This document shows, in pieces, positions 55,564 through 64,000 of a stretch of 64,000 nt of DNA (within the stretch, counting starts at the first letter, position 1; each line of letters starts with the position of its first letter). The notes below the pieces were generated by a model. The model ran no database searches, was not told the DNA's origin, and was given only the letters and a program-made list of their open reading frames with translations. Origin of the DNA: Thermoplasmata archaeon UBA61 (GTDB lineage Archaea > Thermoplasmatota > Thermoplasmata > Lutacidiplasmatales > UBA184); the NCBI GenBank assembly GCA_002503985.1, contig DASW01000009.1:68995-132994 (forward strand), in the 5' to 3' direction. The position numbers and the translations under genes were made by a program.

Positions 55564-56097
55564 CTAAGCGGAGACCGGAACGACGAGCTCGCCGCCGGAC
55601 TTCTGCATCGACGGCTGCCGCTTCGTCTTCGCGCCCTTCGTCTGCCAGAAGACCTCGGCGAACTCCTGGACGAGCTTCAAAAGCTCCTGCGCATCGGCGA
55701 GGTTCGTTCCCTGCCGGGCCTTGGAGGCCTGCTTCAGGATCTTCCAGACGAGTTCGTGGGCCTGCGGGAACTGCTTCGCGTGGTCCGGAGTGAAGTAGTC
55801 GCCCCAGATGACGCGGACCTCCTGCTTCACCTTCTCGGCGTGCTGCTCCTTGACCGCGGTGTAGCGGGCCATCTTGGAGATGAAGGCGGACCGCTCCTCG
55901 GGCTTCGCGTCCATGGCAGGAGGCGCGAGCTCTCCGATCAGCTGGTCCATGCGGATGACGGTGAGCGCCGCGATCTGGGCCTCATGCGGGTCGTAAATAC
56001 CGCAGGGGATGTCGCAGTGCGCGTAGACCGCGCGGGGGGGGTTCACAGCGTCCAGCAGGCGTTCCACTAGTCCGAGAGAGGGGCTTCTCGTGGGCAT
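55564..56097 (-). CDS. sodN: nickel-containing superoxide dismutase precursor
   Basis: 177 aa. A leader ends ...RAVYA and is followed by HCDIPCGIYDPHEAQIAA. This is the Ni-hook His-Cys-Asp-x-Pro-Cys-Gly-x-Tyr of NiSOD (Streptomyces HCDLPCGVYDP). Confidence 0.8.
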   Translation of the reverse strand: MPTRSPSLGLVERLLDAVNPPRAVYAHCDIPCGIYDPHEAQIAALTVIRMDQLIGELAPPAMDAKPEERSAFISKMARYTAVKEQHAEKVKQEVRVIWGDYFTPDHAKQFPQAHELVWKILKQASKARQGTNLADAQELLKLVQEFAEVFWQTKGAKTKRQPSMQKSGGELVVPVSA

Positions 56098-56126
56098 GTC
56101 CTCGCCAATCCCGGAGGAGGATAAGG

Positions 56127-56516
56127 ATGCCGGAGCCCCCGGAGGGTAGTACGGCGCTTTCCAGGCCCCCGCCGTCCCGGTTCCGTCGTTGGTGGAGCCG
56201 AAGGGTCGTGGTGCGGGACGAGAGCATGCTCCCGACGCTGCGACCCGGGGACCGGCTGCTGGTCGACCGGCATGCTTACCGCGACCGGCCCCCTCGGGTC
56301 GGGGACGTCGTGGTCCTGGTAGATCCCACGGACGCGAAGCTCTGGCTCGTCAAGCGCGTGGCGCAGGTCGACCCCTCCCAAGGGTCAGTCGAGGTCCGGG
56401 GGGACGCGGCCGAGATGGCCCGGGACAGCCGTCAGTTCGGGCCCGTGCCGACGCGCTCGGTCGTCGGCCGGGTGTATCGCTGCTATTTCCCGCCCGACCG
56501 ACGTCGGGAGCTCTGA
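56127..56516 (+). CDS. sodX: S26-family signal-peptidase-like NiSOD maturation protease
   Basis: 129 aa. VVRDESMLPTLRPGDRLLV carries the catalytic Ser box, and VKRVAQV carries the Lys box. It is divergently adjacent to sodN. Confidence 0.7.
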   Translation: MPEPPEGSTALSRPPPSRFRRWWSRRVVVRDESMLPTLRPGDRLLVDRHAYRDRPPRVGDVVVLVDPTDAKLWLVKRVAQVDPSQGSVEVRGDAAEMARDSRQFGPVPTRSVVGRVYRCYFPPDRRREL

Positions 56517-56568
56517 TTCCGCGATCCGCGGGTGAAATCCTTAAGCGATAGGGCAATTCCCCACATCG

Positions 56569-57675
56569 ATGGCCGCCGCTACACCGGTGTGGGTTGTGGT
56601 CGTGATTGTGGTCGCCGCCGCCGTCGGCGGGGTCGGGTTCCTCGCGGGCTACGAGTACCGGGGGTCTCCCGCCGCATCCCCCGGGGCGGTCGAGAACTCG
56701 ACGCTGTCGGTGCTGGGGGCCGGAACGCTGGACACCCTCTTCCCTCAGGTCGCGAACGCGCTCGTGAACGAGACGCCGGGGGTCACCGCTCCTTCCGCGG
56801 CCCAGACCTACGAAGGGTCGATCGACATCACGACCGCCATCACGTCGCTCGGCGCCAAGGCCGATGTCGCCGCGGTCGCCGATTACCGGCTCATCCCTCA
56901 GATGCTCGAACCCACGCACGCGGGCTACGAGGTCGTCTTCGGCACGACCCCCGAAGTGCTCGCGTACAACCCGAGCCTCCCGGCCTTCGCGGGGATCACC
57001 TCCACCAACTGGGCCTCGAAGCTGATTGCGGACGTCACCACGTCCGGCAACGCCCCGCTCGGGGTCTGGAACGCGTCGACCGACCCGAACGGCTACAACG
57101 AGATCTTCAGCATGATGCTTCAGGGAATGATCTACGACGGCGGCAACGTCTCCACCGTGTACGGTCACTTCTACAGCGGAGCGCCGGGGAGCCTTGCGGT
57201 ACCGAACCCGGTCACCACCATGATCGAACACGAATCCCAGGCCGCCTCCCTGGTTTCCACGGGTGTCGTCTCGGCCGTGATCACGTACCGCTCGTACGCG
57301 GTCGTGAACCACATGTCGTTCGTCCCGTTCAGCCCGATCGTCGGGCTCGTCGCCAACAACTCCACGGCGCTCGCCGACTACGCACGACTATCCACGCAGG
57401 TCGTGACCGCCACCGGGGGGACGGCGAAGGACGTCCCCGCGCCGGTGCTGTTCGCGGTCACGGTACCGGCGAACGCCCCGAACCCGGCCCTCGGCGCGGC
57501 GTTCCTCCACCTGCTCCTCTCCCCGCAGGGCGCCGCGATCCTCAACGACAGCGCGCAGGGAGGCGCCTTCACACCGATCTTCCCCGGATGGGCGGATAAC
57601 CCGACCGCGGTCCCGTCGGTGCTCGCCCCCGACGTGACGGCCATGCCCTCCTGGGCCACTGCGTTGCTGACATGA
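56569..57675 (+). CDS. wtpA: tungstate/molybdate ABC transporter substrate-binding protein (WtpA-like)
   Basis: 368 aa with an N-terminal membrane anchor. LSVLGAGTLDTLFPQV... resembles the WtpA AGSL block. It is followed by permease and ATPase genes and by modE. Confidence 0.6.
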   Translation: MAAATPVWVVVVIVVAAAVGGVGFLAGYEYRGSPAASPGAVENSTLSVLGAGTLDTLFPQVANALVNETPGVTAPSAAQTYEGSIDITTAITSLGAKADVAAVADYRLIPQMLEPTHAGYEVVFGTTPEVLAYNPSLPAFAGITSTNWASKLIADVTTSGNAPLGVWNASTDPNGYNEIFSMMLQGMIYDGGNVSTVYGHFYSGAPGSLAVPNPVTTMIEHESQAASLVSTGVVSAVITYRSYAVVNHMSFVPFSPIVGLVANNSTALADYARLSTQVVTATGGTAKDVPAPVLFAVTVPANAPNPALGAAFLHLLLSPQGAAILNDSAQGGAFTPIFPGWADNPTAVPSVLAPDVTAMPSWATALLT

Positions 57676-58547
57676 GCCGGGGAGGGGCGGCCTCCGGTCG
57701 ACCGCGGTGGCGGACCGGCCCCTACTGGCTTGCGCTTCAGCTGGTCCTCTCGGGCTCGCTGCTGCTCCTCTTCTTGCTCCCGATCGCCGCGCTGTTCACC
57801 TACGCCCCTCCGCAACGGATCCTGGCCGCGGCGACCAACCCGGCCGTGTCGACGGCGCTTTACCTCACGTTCCTGGCCTCCGGGATCGCGGTGCTTGCTG
57901 CGGTGGTCTTCGCGATCCCCCTCGGGTACCTCCTCGCGCGTCGGGCGTTCCGGGGCCGGAGCGTAGTCGAGTCGGTCGTCGCGTTGCCCGTCGTCGTCCC
58001 CCACCTCCTGGTGGGGGTCGGGCTCTTCTTTCTGATCCTCCCGGGGAGCCCGCTCTACCGGTTCACGACCGCGGTCGGCCTCCCCATCTACGACACGATC
58101 TGGGGCGTCGTTCTCGTGATGGTCTTCGTCAGCGCCCCCTACACGGTCCTCGCTGCGGACCTCTCCTTCCGCGCGGTCGATGGTCGGGTCCTCGAGGCGG
58201 CCCGGTCGCTCGGCGCCGGCCCGGCGACGGCGTTCCTGACCGTGACCTTCCCGCTCGCACTGCGCGGGATCGTTGCGGGTCTCCTCCTCACTTGGGCGCG
58301 GGCGGTGAGCGAGATCGGCGGGATCCTCATCCTCGCCTACGCGGTCTACCCCGGCGGGCCCTACAGCGGCCCCGTCACGTCGACCCTCTCCGTCTACGTC
58401 TACAACCTCTTCCAGACGGGGGACCTCGCCGACGCGGCGGCGGTGAGCTCGCTCTTCCTCCTCATCGCGTTCGTGCTGTTCTTCCTCGTCCGGCTCGGCG
58501 AGCGCACCGGATGGGTGCCGTGGCGCCGGGGGGAGCTCCTTCCGTGA
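57672..58547 (+). CDS. wtpB: ABC transporter permease (ModB/WtpB-like)
   Basis: 291 aa, about 6 TM. The EAA-type loop is LEAARSLGAGPATAFLTVTFPLALRG. It has an ATGA overlap with wtpA. Confidence 0.75.
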   Translation: MSRGGAASGRPRWRTGPYWLALQLVLSGSLLLLFLLPIAALFTYAPPQRILAAATNPAVSTALYLTFLASGIAVLAAVVFAIPLGYLLARRAFRGRSVVESVVALPVVVPHLLVGVGLFFLILPGSPLYRFTTAVGLPIYDTIWGVVLVMVFVSAPYTVLAADLSFRAVDGRVLEAARSLGAGPATAFLTVTFPLALRGIVAGLLLTWARAVSEIGGILILAYAVYPGGPYSGPVTSTLSVYVYNLFQTGDLADAAAVSSLFLLIAFVLFFLVRLGERTGWVPWRRGELLP

Positions 58548-59590
58548 ACGCCTGGTCGGTCGAGGGGGTGGTCTCCCACGTCGACGGCTTCCGCCTCGGA
58601 CCGGTCGACCTAGAACTTGCCCCGGGGCGCGTGGTCGCGGTGCTCGGGAGCTCCGGGGCCGGCAAGACCACGCTCCTCCGCACGCTCGCCGGTTTCCTTC
58701 CGGTCCGCGCGGGCCGCATCGTGCGAGACGGTGTCGACCTCACCGACCGGCCACCCGAGGAGCGCGGCCTCGGTTACGTACCGCAGGGCCTCGGCCTGTT
58801 CCCGCACCGCACCGTCGAGCGCAACGTGAGCTACCCGCTCGAGGTCCGAGGCCGCACGGACGCGATCGCGCGCAGCCGGGAGCTCCTCGAACGGTTCGGC
58901 CTCGCCGAGCTCGCGCACCGCCGCCCCGCACGGTTGAGCGGCGGGGAGCTCGAGCGGGTCGCACTCGCCCGTGCTCTCGCCGGGGAACCCGACCTCGTGC
59001 TGTGGGACGAGCCCTGGCAGGCGCTCGATGTCGAGGCGCGCCACGAGCTCGGTCGGGTGCTCGAGGAGCTGCGGGAGACCGACCGGGTCCCCGTGGTGGT
59101 CGTCACGCACGACCCGTCGCTCGCCTTCTCCGTGGCCGACTCGTTCCTCGTCCTGCGGGCCGGGAAGGTCGCCCTTCGGGGCGACGCTGCGACGATGCTT
59201 GCCCACCCGTCCGATGCGTTCCTGGCGCGGTTCGCCGGCTTCGAGAACGTCTACGACCGGGCCTCGCTCGAACGCGGCCGACCGGGGTCGCTCGCCGCCT
59301 GGCTCTCCGAACGCGCCGGGACCGACGGCGTTGCCTTCGTGCGGCCCACCCCAAAGGCCGTGGGAGATCCTCACGGTGCCTGGGAAGGCGTCGTGCGCAG
59401 TGCCCGCCCGACCCCCGAGGGCCTCGCTGTGACGGTCCGGGTCGACGACCTGTCGGTCGCACTTCGGCTCCCCCCACCGCCCACGGGAGTGGTCCCATTC
59501 GTTGGGGCTCGGGTGCGGTTTGACGTAGAGGAGAAAAGCGTCCTCGCGCTGGGTCCGCCCGCTTCCGCACCACGAGGCACCCTCCAATGA
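58544..59590 (+). CDS. wtpC: ABC transporter ATP-binding protein (ModC/WtpC-like, with C-terminal TOBE-like domain)
   Basis: Frame of ORF 57707..59590. The GTG at 58544 overlaps the permease stop. Walker A is LGSSGAGKTTLL, the signature is LSGGELERVALARAL, and Walker B is LVLWDEP. Confidence 0.8.
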   Translation: MNAWSVEGVVSHVDGFRLGPVDLELAPGRVVAVLGSSGAGKTTLLRTLAGFLPVRAGRIVRDGVDLTDRPPEERGLGYVPQGLGLFPHRTVERNVSYPLEVRGRTDAIARSRELLERFGLAELAHRRPARLSGGELERVALARALAGEPDLVLWDEPWQALDVEARHELGRVLEELRETDRVPVVVVTHDPSLAFSVADSFLVLRAGKVALRGDAATMLAHPSDAFLARFAGFENVYDRASLERGRPGSLAAWLSERAGTDGVAFVRPTPKAVGDPHGAWEGVVRSARPTPEGLAVTVRVDDLSVALRLPPPPTGVVPFVGARVRFDVEEKSVLALGPPASAPRGTLQ

Positions 59591-60270
59591 CGTTCCGAGC
59601 GAACCTCGTTACGAGCACCGACATCGCGCTGTTGCGGGCGCTCGGGCACGAACGCTCTCTCGTCGGCGCGAGCCGTCGGGTCGGCATCTCCCGGGACCGG
59701 GCCGTCTACCGAATCGAGCGGCTCGAGCACGCCTTCGGAGGTCCGGTCGTGCACAGCGTGCGCGGCGGCACGGGTCACGGTCGGACGACCCTGACCGCCC
59801 TCGGCGACCGGATCGTGCGGGGAGGGTTCGAATCGGTCGAGCTCCTCAACGCGCGCCCGGTCACCCCGCTCGCCTCCCCGAACCTCCTGCGAGGGGTCTA
59901 CCAACGGGCGCCGGACCCCGAGGTCCGGGTGTCGAGGTCGCTGCGCCTGCGGGTCGCCTTCGACGCCGAGGACGGCGAGGCGGTGGCCGTCCTCCTAGAC
60001 CCCGAGTCGGTGGTCGTCGCCCGACGTCGCTTCCCTTCGAGCGCCCGGAACGTGTTGCGGGCCACCGTGGAGACGCTCCGGCGCGAGCGGGGAAGCTTCG
60101 GCGTCACGCTGGTCGCGCGCTGCTCGGGCGCCCGGCTACGGGTCGCGGTGACCGAGGAGCCGGTGCGCCAGCTCGGGCTGCGCCCGGGCGTTCCCGTATG
60201 GCTTTACGTGAAGGCGACCGCGCTGCGAAGGGTCGGCGAGCGCGCTAGTCGCGGATCCCCTCGGTCGTGA
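59587..60270 (+). CDS. modE: ModE-like molybdate/tungstate-responsive regulator (HTH + TOBE/Mop domain)
   Basis: 227 aa. [36 protein letters not shown] is a ModE_N HTH. The C-terminal [21 protein letters not shown]...[28 protein letters not shown] is TOBE-like. It has an ATGA overlap with wtpC. Confidence 0.7.
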   Translation: MTFRANLVTSTDIALLRALGHERSLVGASRRVGISRDRAVYRIERLEHAFGGPVVHSVRGGTGHGRTTLTALGDRIVRGGFESVELLNARPVTPLASPNLLRGVYQRAPDPEVRVSRSLRLRVAFDAEDGEAVAVLLDPESVVVARRRFPSSARNVLRATVETLRRERGSFGVTLVARCSGARLRVAVTEEPVRQLGLRPGVPVWLYVKATALRRVGERASRGSPRS

Positions 60271-61243
60271 GCGAGAAGACCGCCTCGCCCTCGGGCAGGT
60301 TCGGAGAGTCGATCAGCCGCGCGATCCGCTTCGGGGGCTTCGACTTCCGTAGGTAGACGCGATAGGTCGCCGCGTGGGCGACGATGTTCCCCCCGATCGG
60401 TCGGGTCGGGTCACCGAAGAGGATGTCCGGTCGGGCCGACACCTGGTTCGTGACGAGGATCGCCGCGTTGTACGTGTCCGAGAAGCGGAGGAGCTCGTGG
60501 AGGTGACGGTTCAGGTGCTGCTGCCGGGGCGCGAGCTCGGCCCGCCCGAGGTACTCCGAGCGGAAGTGGGCGGTGAGCGAGTCGACCACGAGCAGACGGA
60601 TCGGCTTCTCGCGGGCAAGCTCCTGCGCCTTCTGGACGAGGAGCATCTGGTGGTTCGAGTTGAACGCACGAGCGACGTGGATGTGGCTGAGCGCCTCCTC
60701 CGGGTCGATGCCAACGCCCTTCGCCATGTCGACGATGCGCTCCGGACGGAACGTGCTCTCGGTGTCGATGTAGACGACCTCGCCCGAGAGGCCCCCCTGA
60801 GCGGGCGGGAGCTGGATGTCGACCGCGACCTGGTGGGCGATCTGGGTCTTCCCGGTCCCGAACTCACCGGAGAACTCGGTAATCGCCTGCGTCTCGACCC
60901 CCCCGCCGAGGAGCTCGTCGAGCGCCTTCGAGTTGGTCGTGACGCGGCCGAGCTTCTTGCGTCGCTCGAGGAGCGTCGTGCCGCTCTCGAACCCTCCGAC
61001 GTCCGCTTTGCGGCGGGCCTCGCCGATGATCCGCTGGGCGATCGCGACGCCGATCTCCGCGGCCTCCGCGACGTCGCCCGGAGAGGCGACGGCGAGCTCC
61101 ATCAGGTCGGTGTAGCCGTTTTCGCGCAGCTTGTCGGCGGTGATCCCCCCGATCCCGGGTAGGTCCTCGAGGGCGACCGCGGGCTTCGGGGCCGGTGGGT
61201 TCTCTTCCGCGCCGGCGGCTTTCGGGCTCGGTTTCGTAGGCAC
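60245..61243 (-). CDS. radA: DNA repair and recombination protein RadA
   Basis: 332 aa: an N-terminal HhH domain ([20 protein letters not shown]), Walker [17 protein letters not shown], and Walker [13 protein letters not shown]. Confidence 0.95.
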   Translation of the reverse strand: MPTKPSPKAAGAEENPPAPKPAVALEDLPGIGGITADKLRENGYTDLMELAVASPGDVAEAAEIGVAIAQRIIGEARRKADVGGFESGTTLLERRKKLGRVTTNSKALDELLGGGVETQAITEFSGEFGTGKTQIAHQVAVDIQLPPAQGGLSGEVVYIDTESTFRPERIVDMAKGVGIDPEEALSHIHVARAFNSNHQMLLVQKAQELAREKPIRLLVVDSLTAHFRSEYLGRAELAPRQQHLNRHLHELLRFSDTYNAAILVTNQVSARPDILFGDPTRPIGGNIVAHAATYRVYLRKSKPPKRIARLIDSPNLPEGEAVFSLTTEGIRD

Positions 61244-61310
61244 GTTCGACCGACCGGGACGCGGGGAGATAAGGGTACGGGAGGGGTCGCGAAACGGTGA
61301 ACGCAGCGCC

Positions 61311-62270
61311 CTATCCGGACCGGGCGAGCGGGGCGAACGGCTCGCCGGTGAGGCGCTGGTAGACCGTGGTGTAGAGGCGGCTCACCTCGTCCACGAGGAG
61401 CGGCGGGAGCGCCGGAATCGGCGGCTCGCTCGTGTGGGCCTCCCGGGCCTTCAGGAGCGCGTCGTAGTAGCCGGTCCCGCGGTAGTGCTGGCGGACGAAC
61501 TCCTTCGAGAAGTCGACCTGGCGGCCGCGGTCGTAGGCGGCCTGGTCCCAGAACCGGTCCTCGTCGGCCGTTCCGAACGTGTCGACGACCATGAGGACGC
61601 CGTCCGAATCGACCGCGAACTCTTTCTTCCCGTCCACGTGGATCAGGCCGCGCGGACCGATCTCCTTCTGCATCGCCGCGTCGACCTTGAGGACCGTCTC
61701 CCGGATCCCGTCGAGCTGCTTCGGGTCGAGCGCGGAGAGCGAGAGCGCCTCCGCGGTCGTGAGCAGGCGGTCGACCGGCTCGAGCTTCGTCGTGACCTCG
61801 AAATGGGGCTCGGGGAGCGGAATACCGTACGTGAGCGTCTTCCCCTTCGGGAAGCCGAGCGCCTCCGCCGGGACCTGACCGGACTTCACGCGGTCCCACA
61901 TCGAACCGGCGAGGTAGTACCGAACGATCACCTCGAGAGGCACGAGGTACCCCTTCGGGTGAGGCCCTAGGGTCGCGGGCTTCGGCACCACCTGGACCCG
62001 CTTCACCCGCATGGCAGTAGGGCCGGCGAGGCTCAGGTAGTGGTGCGGGACGCCGAGACGGGAGCAGAGCTCGAACCAGAACGCGGCGGTCCGCGCGAGC
62101 GTCTCACCCTTGTGCGGGATCTCGCTCGGGATGTGCTTGTCGAAGACCGAGATGTCGTTCGTGAACCGGAACTCGAGCTCGGTCGCAGAGATCTCGTAGA
62201 CCTCCTTCACCTTCCCTCGGCGGAGGAAGCGGGGGGCTGAGGACGAGGCGGGGCTCGGGGTCTTCGCCAT
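61311..62270 (-). CDS. purC: SAICAR synthetase
   Basis: 319 aa: [12 protein letters not shown]....[13 protein letters not shown]...P.KGE.L and later DGKKEFAVD. Confidence 0.85.
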   Translation of the reverse strand: MAKTPSPASSSAPRFLRRGKVKEVYEISATELEFRFTNDISVFDKHIPSEIPHKGETLARTAAFWFELCSRLGVPHHYLSLAGPTAMRVKRVQVVPKPATLGPHPKGYLVPLEVIVRYYLAGSMWDRVKSGQVPAEALGFPKGKTLTYGIPLPEPHFEVTTKLEPVDRLLTTAEALSLSALDPKQLDGIRETVLKVDAAMQKEIGPRGLIHVDGKKEFAVDSDGVLMVVDTFGTADEDRFWDQAAYDRGRQVDFSKEFVRQHYRGTGYYDALLKAREAHTSEPPIPALPPLLVDEVSRLYTTVYQRLTGEPFAPLARSG

Positions 62271-62340
62271 GGCGACCGAGGAGCTCCGGGCAGTTTAAGG
62301 TCAGCGCCCGAGCCCCGGGCGCTCGTCCGCCGAAGCGCGC

Positions 62341-62877
62341 CTAGAGCGACCGGGCCTGGACCGCGGTGATCGGCCGGAACCCGCGCTTCGAGTAGAAACG
62401 GCTCGCGATCTCGTTCTGGGCCGGGAACTCGGCCGTGACGATCCCCGCCCCCTTGGCCTTGAGCGCGTTCGAGGTCTCGCGCAGGACGTACTCGCCGACC
62501 CCGTGGCGACGGTAGAGCGGCAGGAGGTAGATGTCCAGGATCACGCCCTCGTGCTCGGGCGCGTAGAACGGCCGCTCCCGAACGAGCGCGCGGACGAACC
62601 CGACGACCTTGCCCCGGTCCGCCCCGACGCCGTCGGCGGCGAGGACGACCGACATCGGGTTCGCGAGGTCCGCTTTGAGGACCTGGCGGGCTTGCTGCTC
62701 GGCATCGTCCCGAACCTTGAGGAGCGGGTCGAACTCCTCGTTGAGCCGCTTCAGCCGTAGGAGCAGCGAGACGATCGCCGGAAGGTCCGCGTCGCGGGCC
62801 GGTCGGAGGTGGACCGGGGCCGCCGGTGTTCCGCCCGGGCCGCTCGACCGGCCTCCTCCGTCTGCGCGGTCGCTCAT
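62341..62877 (-). CDS. GNAT-family N-acetyltransferase
   Basis: 178 aa: LLPLYRRHGVGEYVLRETSNALKAKGAGIV...NEIASRFYSKRGFRP. Confidence 0.7.
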   Translation of the reverse strand: MSDRADGGGRSSGPGGTPAAPVHLRPARDADLPAIVSLLLRLKRLNEEFDPLLKVRDDAEQQARQVLKADLANPMSVVLAADGVGADRGKVVGFVRALVRERPFYAPEHEGVILDIYLLPLYRRHGVGEYVLRETSNALKAKGAGIVTAEFPAQNEIASRFYSKRGFRPITAVQARSL

Positions 62878-64000
62878 CGTGTCCCTCTCCGGGGTGGCCG
62901 GCGCCGAGGCATCGGAGGCGTAAGACGAGCGCGGGCGAGCGCTCGTACGAGCCGCGCGGGCCGGCCCATCAGCGTCCGCGCCCGCTCGAGGAACTCGTCG
63001 TGGGAGAGCTTTCGGCGGGCGATGCCGAGGCGGACCGCGGTGTCCCCCACGGCCGCGGCGATGTGCGGGAACACCTCGGGCTCCTCCATCGTGGGCAGAA
63101 GGTGGCGGTCCGAAAGTCCCTTCCGCAGGGCGCCGCGGGCGAGCTCCTTCGCCGCCGCCAGGACCACCTCATCCGGGATCGACCGCGCCCGCGCGTCCAG
63201 GACCCCGCGGAAAACGGCGGGGAAGATCAGCGAGTTGTTGACCTGGTTCGGGAAGTCGCTGCGTCCGGTCGCGACGACCGCGGCGCCGGCCGCTCGGGCC
63301 ACTTCCGGCCAGATCTCGGGCACCGGGTTCGCGAGGGCGAAGACGATCGGGTCCTTCGCCATCGAGCGGACGTGCTCAGGACGGATCGTGCCCGGGTTCG
63401 GCGTGGACGCCGCCAGCAGGACGTCCACGTCCTCGAGCGCCGCGGCTAGGTCCCCTGTGCGGCCGCCACCGTTCGTCGTGAGAGCGATGCGGTACTTCCA
63501 CGGGTTGTGCAGTTCGAGCTCGTCCAGGTCCTCTCGCTCGGCGTGGAGGATCCCCTTCTGGTCGACGAGCGTGAGCTGGCGCGCCGGATGGCCGAGCGCG
63601 AGGAGGAGGCGCGCGGTCACGAGGTTCGCCGCGCCGGCCCCCAGGAGGACCGTCCGCACGGTGCGTACCGACCGGTGCGTGAGCTCGAGGGCGTTCAGGA
63701 GGCCCGCGACCGTCGCGGCCGCGGTCCCGAGCTGGTCGTCGTGCCAGACCGGTATCGGAAGCCGCTTCGAGAGCTCCTCGAGGATGCCGAAGCATTTCGG
63801 GGACGCGATGTCCTCGAGGTTGATCCCCCCGAACGCGGGCGCCATCGCCTCGACGGTTGCGATGAACTGCTCGGGCGACTCCACCTGGATCGGGATCGGG
63901 ATCGCGTCAACGCCCCCGAGGACCTTGAACAGGAGCGCTTTCCCCTCCATGACGGGCAGCGCGGCCTGGGGACCGATGTCGCCGAGCCCGAGAACGCGGG
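62874..64000 (-). CDS. NAD(P)-dependent malic enzyme (N-terminus outside window)
   Basis: ORF 62874..63950 continues upstream to the window edge (my translation: ..RVLGLGDIGPQAALPVMEGKALLFK). FGGINLEDIASPKCF, PVWHDDQLGTAAATVAGLLNAL and LLGAGAAN are malic-enzyme blocks. Confidence 0.85.
   Translation of the reverse strand, partial: RVLGLGDIGPQAALPVMEGKALLFKVLGGVDAIPIPIQVESPEQFIATVEAMAPAFGGINLEDIASPKCFGILEELSKRLPIPVWHDDQLGTAAATVAGLLNALELTHRSVRTVRTVLLGAGAANLVTARLLLALGHPARQLTLVDQKGILHAEREDLDELELHNPWKYRIALTTNGGGRTGDLAAALEDVDVLLAASTPNPGTIRPEHVRSMAKDPIVFALANPVPEIWPEVARAAGAAVVATGRSDFPNQVNNSLIFPAVFRGVLDARARSIPDEVVLAAAKELARGALRKGLSDRHLLPTMEEPEVFPHIAAAVGDTAVRLGIARRKLSHDEFLERARTLMGRPARLVRALARARLTPPMPRRRPPRRGTR

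Noticed and set aside
1-64000. CRISPR arrays, rRNA genes, further tRNAs, large tandem repeats.
   Set aside because: I found no regularly spaced direct repeats and no rRNA-like regions. Apart from 34733-34833, no intergenic sequence folds into a cloverleaf. Other GGTTCGAA-like strings lie inside well-supported coding regions.

Overview
Gene-dense, high-GC chromosomal segment of an archaeon. Sampled core lines are about 70 % G+C. Archaeal markers present: A1Ao ATP synthase, PolD large subunit, RadA, FtsZ, PurP, RNase P Pop5 subunit and a pilin-like protein with a class-III signal peptide. A Thermoplasmatota-like euryarchaeal origin is only an inference. I call about 65 protein genes and one tRNA. 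I saw no rRNA and no CRISPR array. Most of the window is housekeeping: serS, ATP synthase, rnz, class II RNR, NAD and purine synthesis, DNA repair and replication, a tungstate/molybdate ABC transporter with ModE. The genes are tightly packed, with many 1-4 nt overlaps. The clear outlier is a compositionally mosaic, AT-richer accessory island at about 39.3-46.9 kb, between a SAM methyltransferase/PolD and ftsZ. It carries an uncharacterised three-gene membrane/zinc-ribbon/P-loop module, a Panacea(DUF4065)-RelE/YafQ-like toxin-antitoxin pair, a restriction-modification unit with a wHTH gene, and an IS6-like transposase. A short remnant of the same IS end lies at the opposite edge of the island. 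Other points worth a second look: a tRNA-Arg(UCG) whose cloverleaf only closes after removing 26 nt from the T-loop; a VKOR + DUF929 thioredoxin-like membrane pair; a nickel superoxide dismutase with its maturation protease; and a TPR-containing STAND-type NTPase overlapping nadC. All functional calls come from reading the translations. No database search was run.
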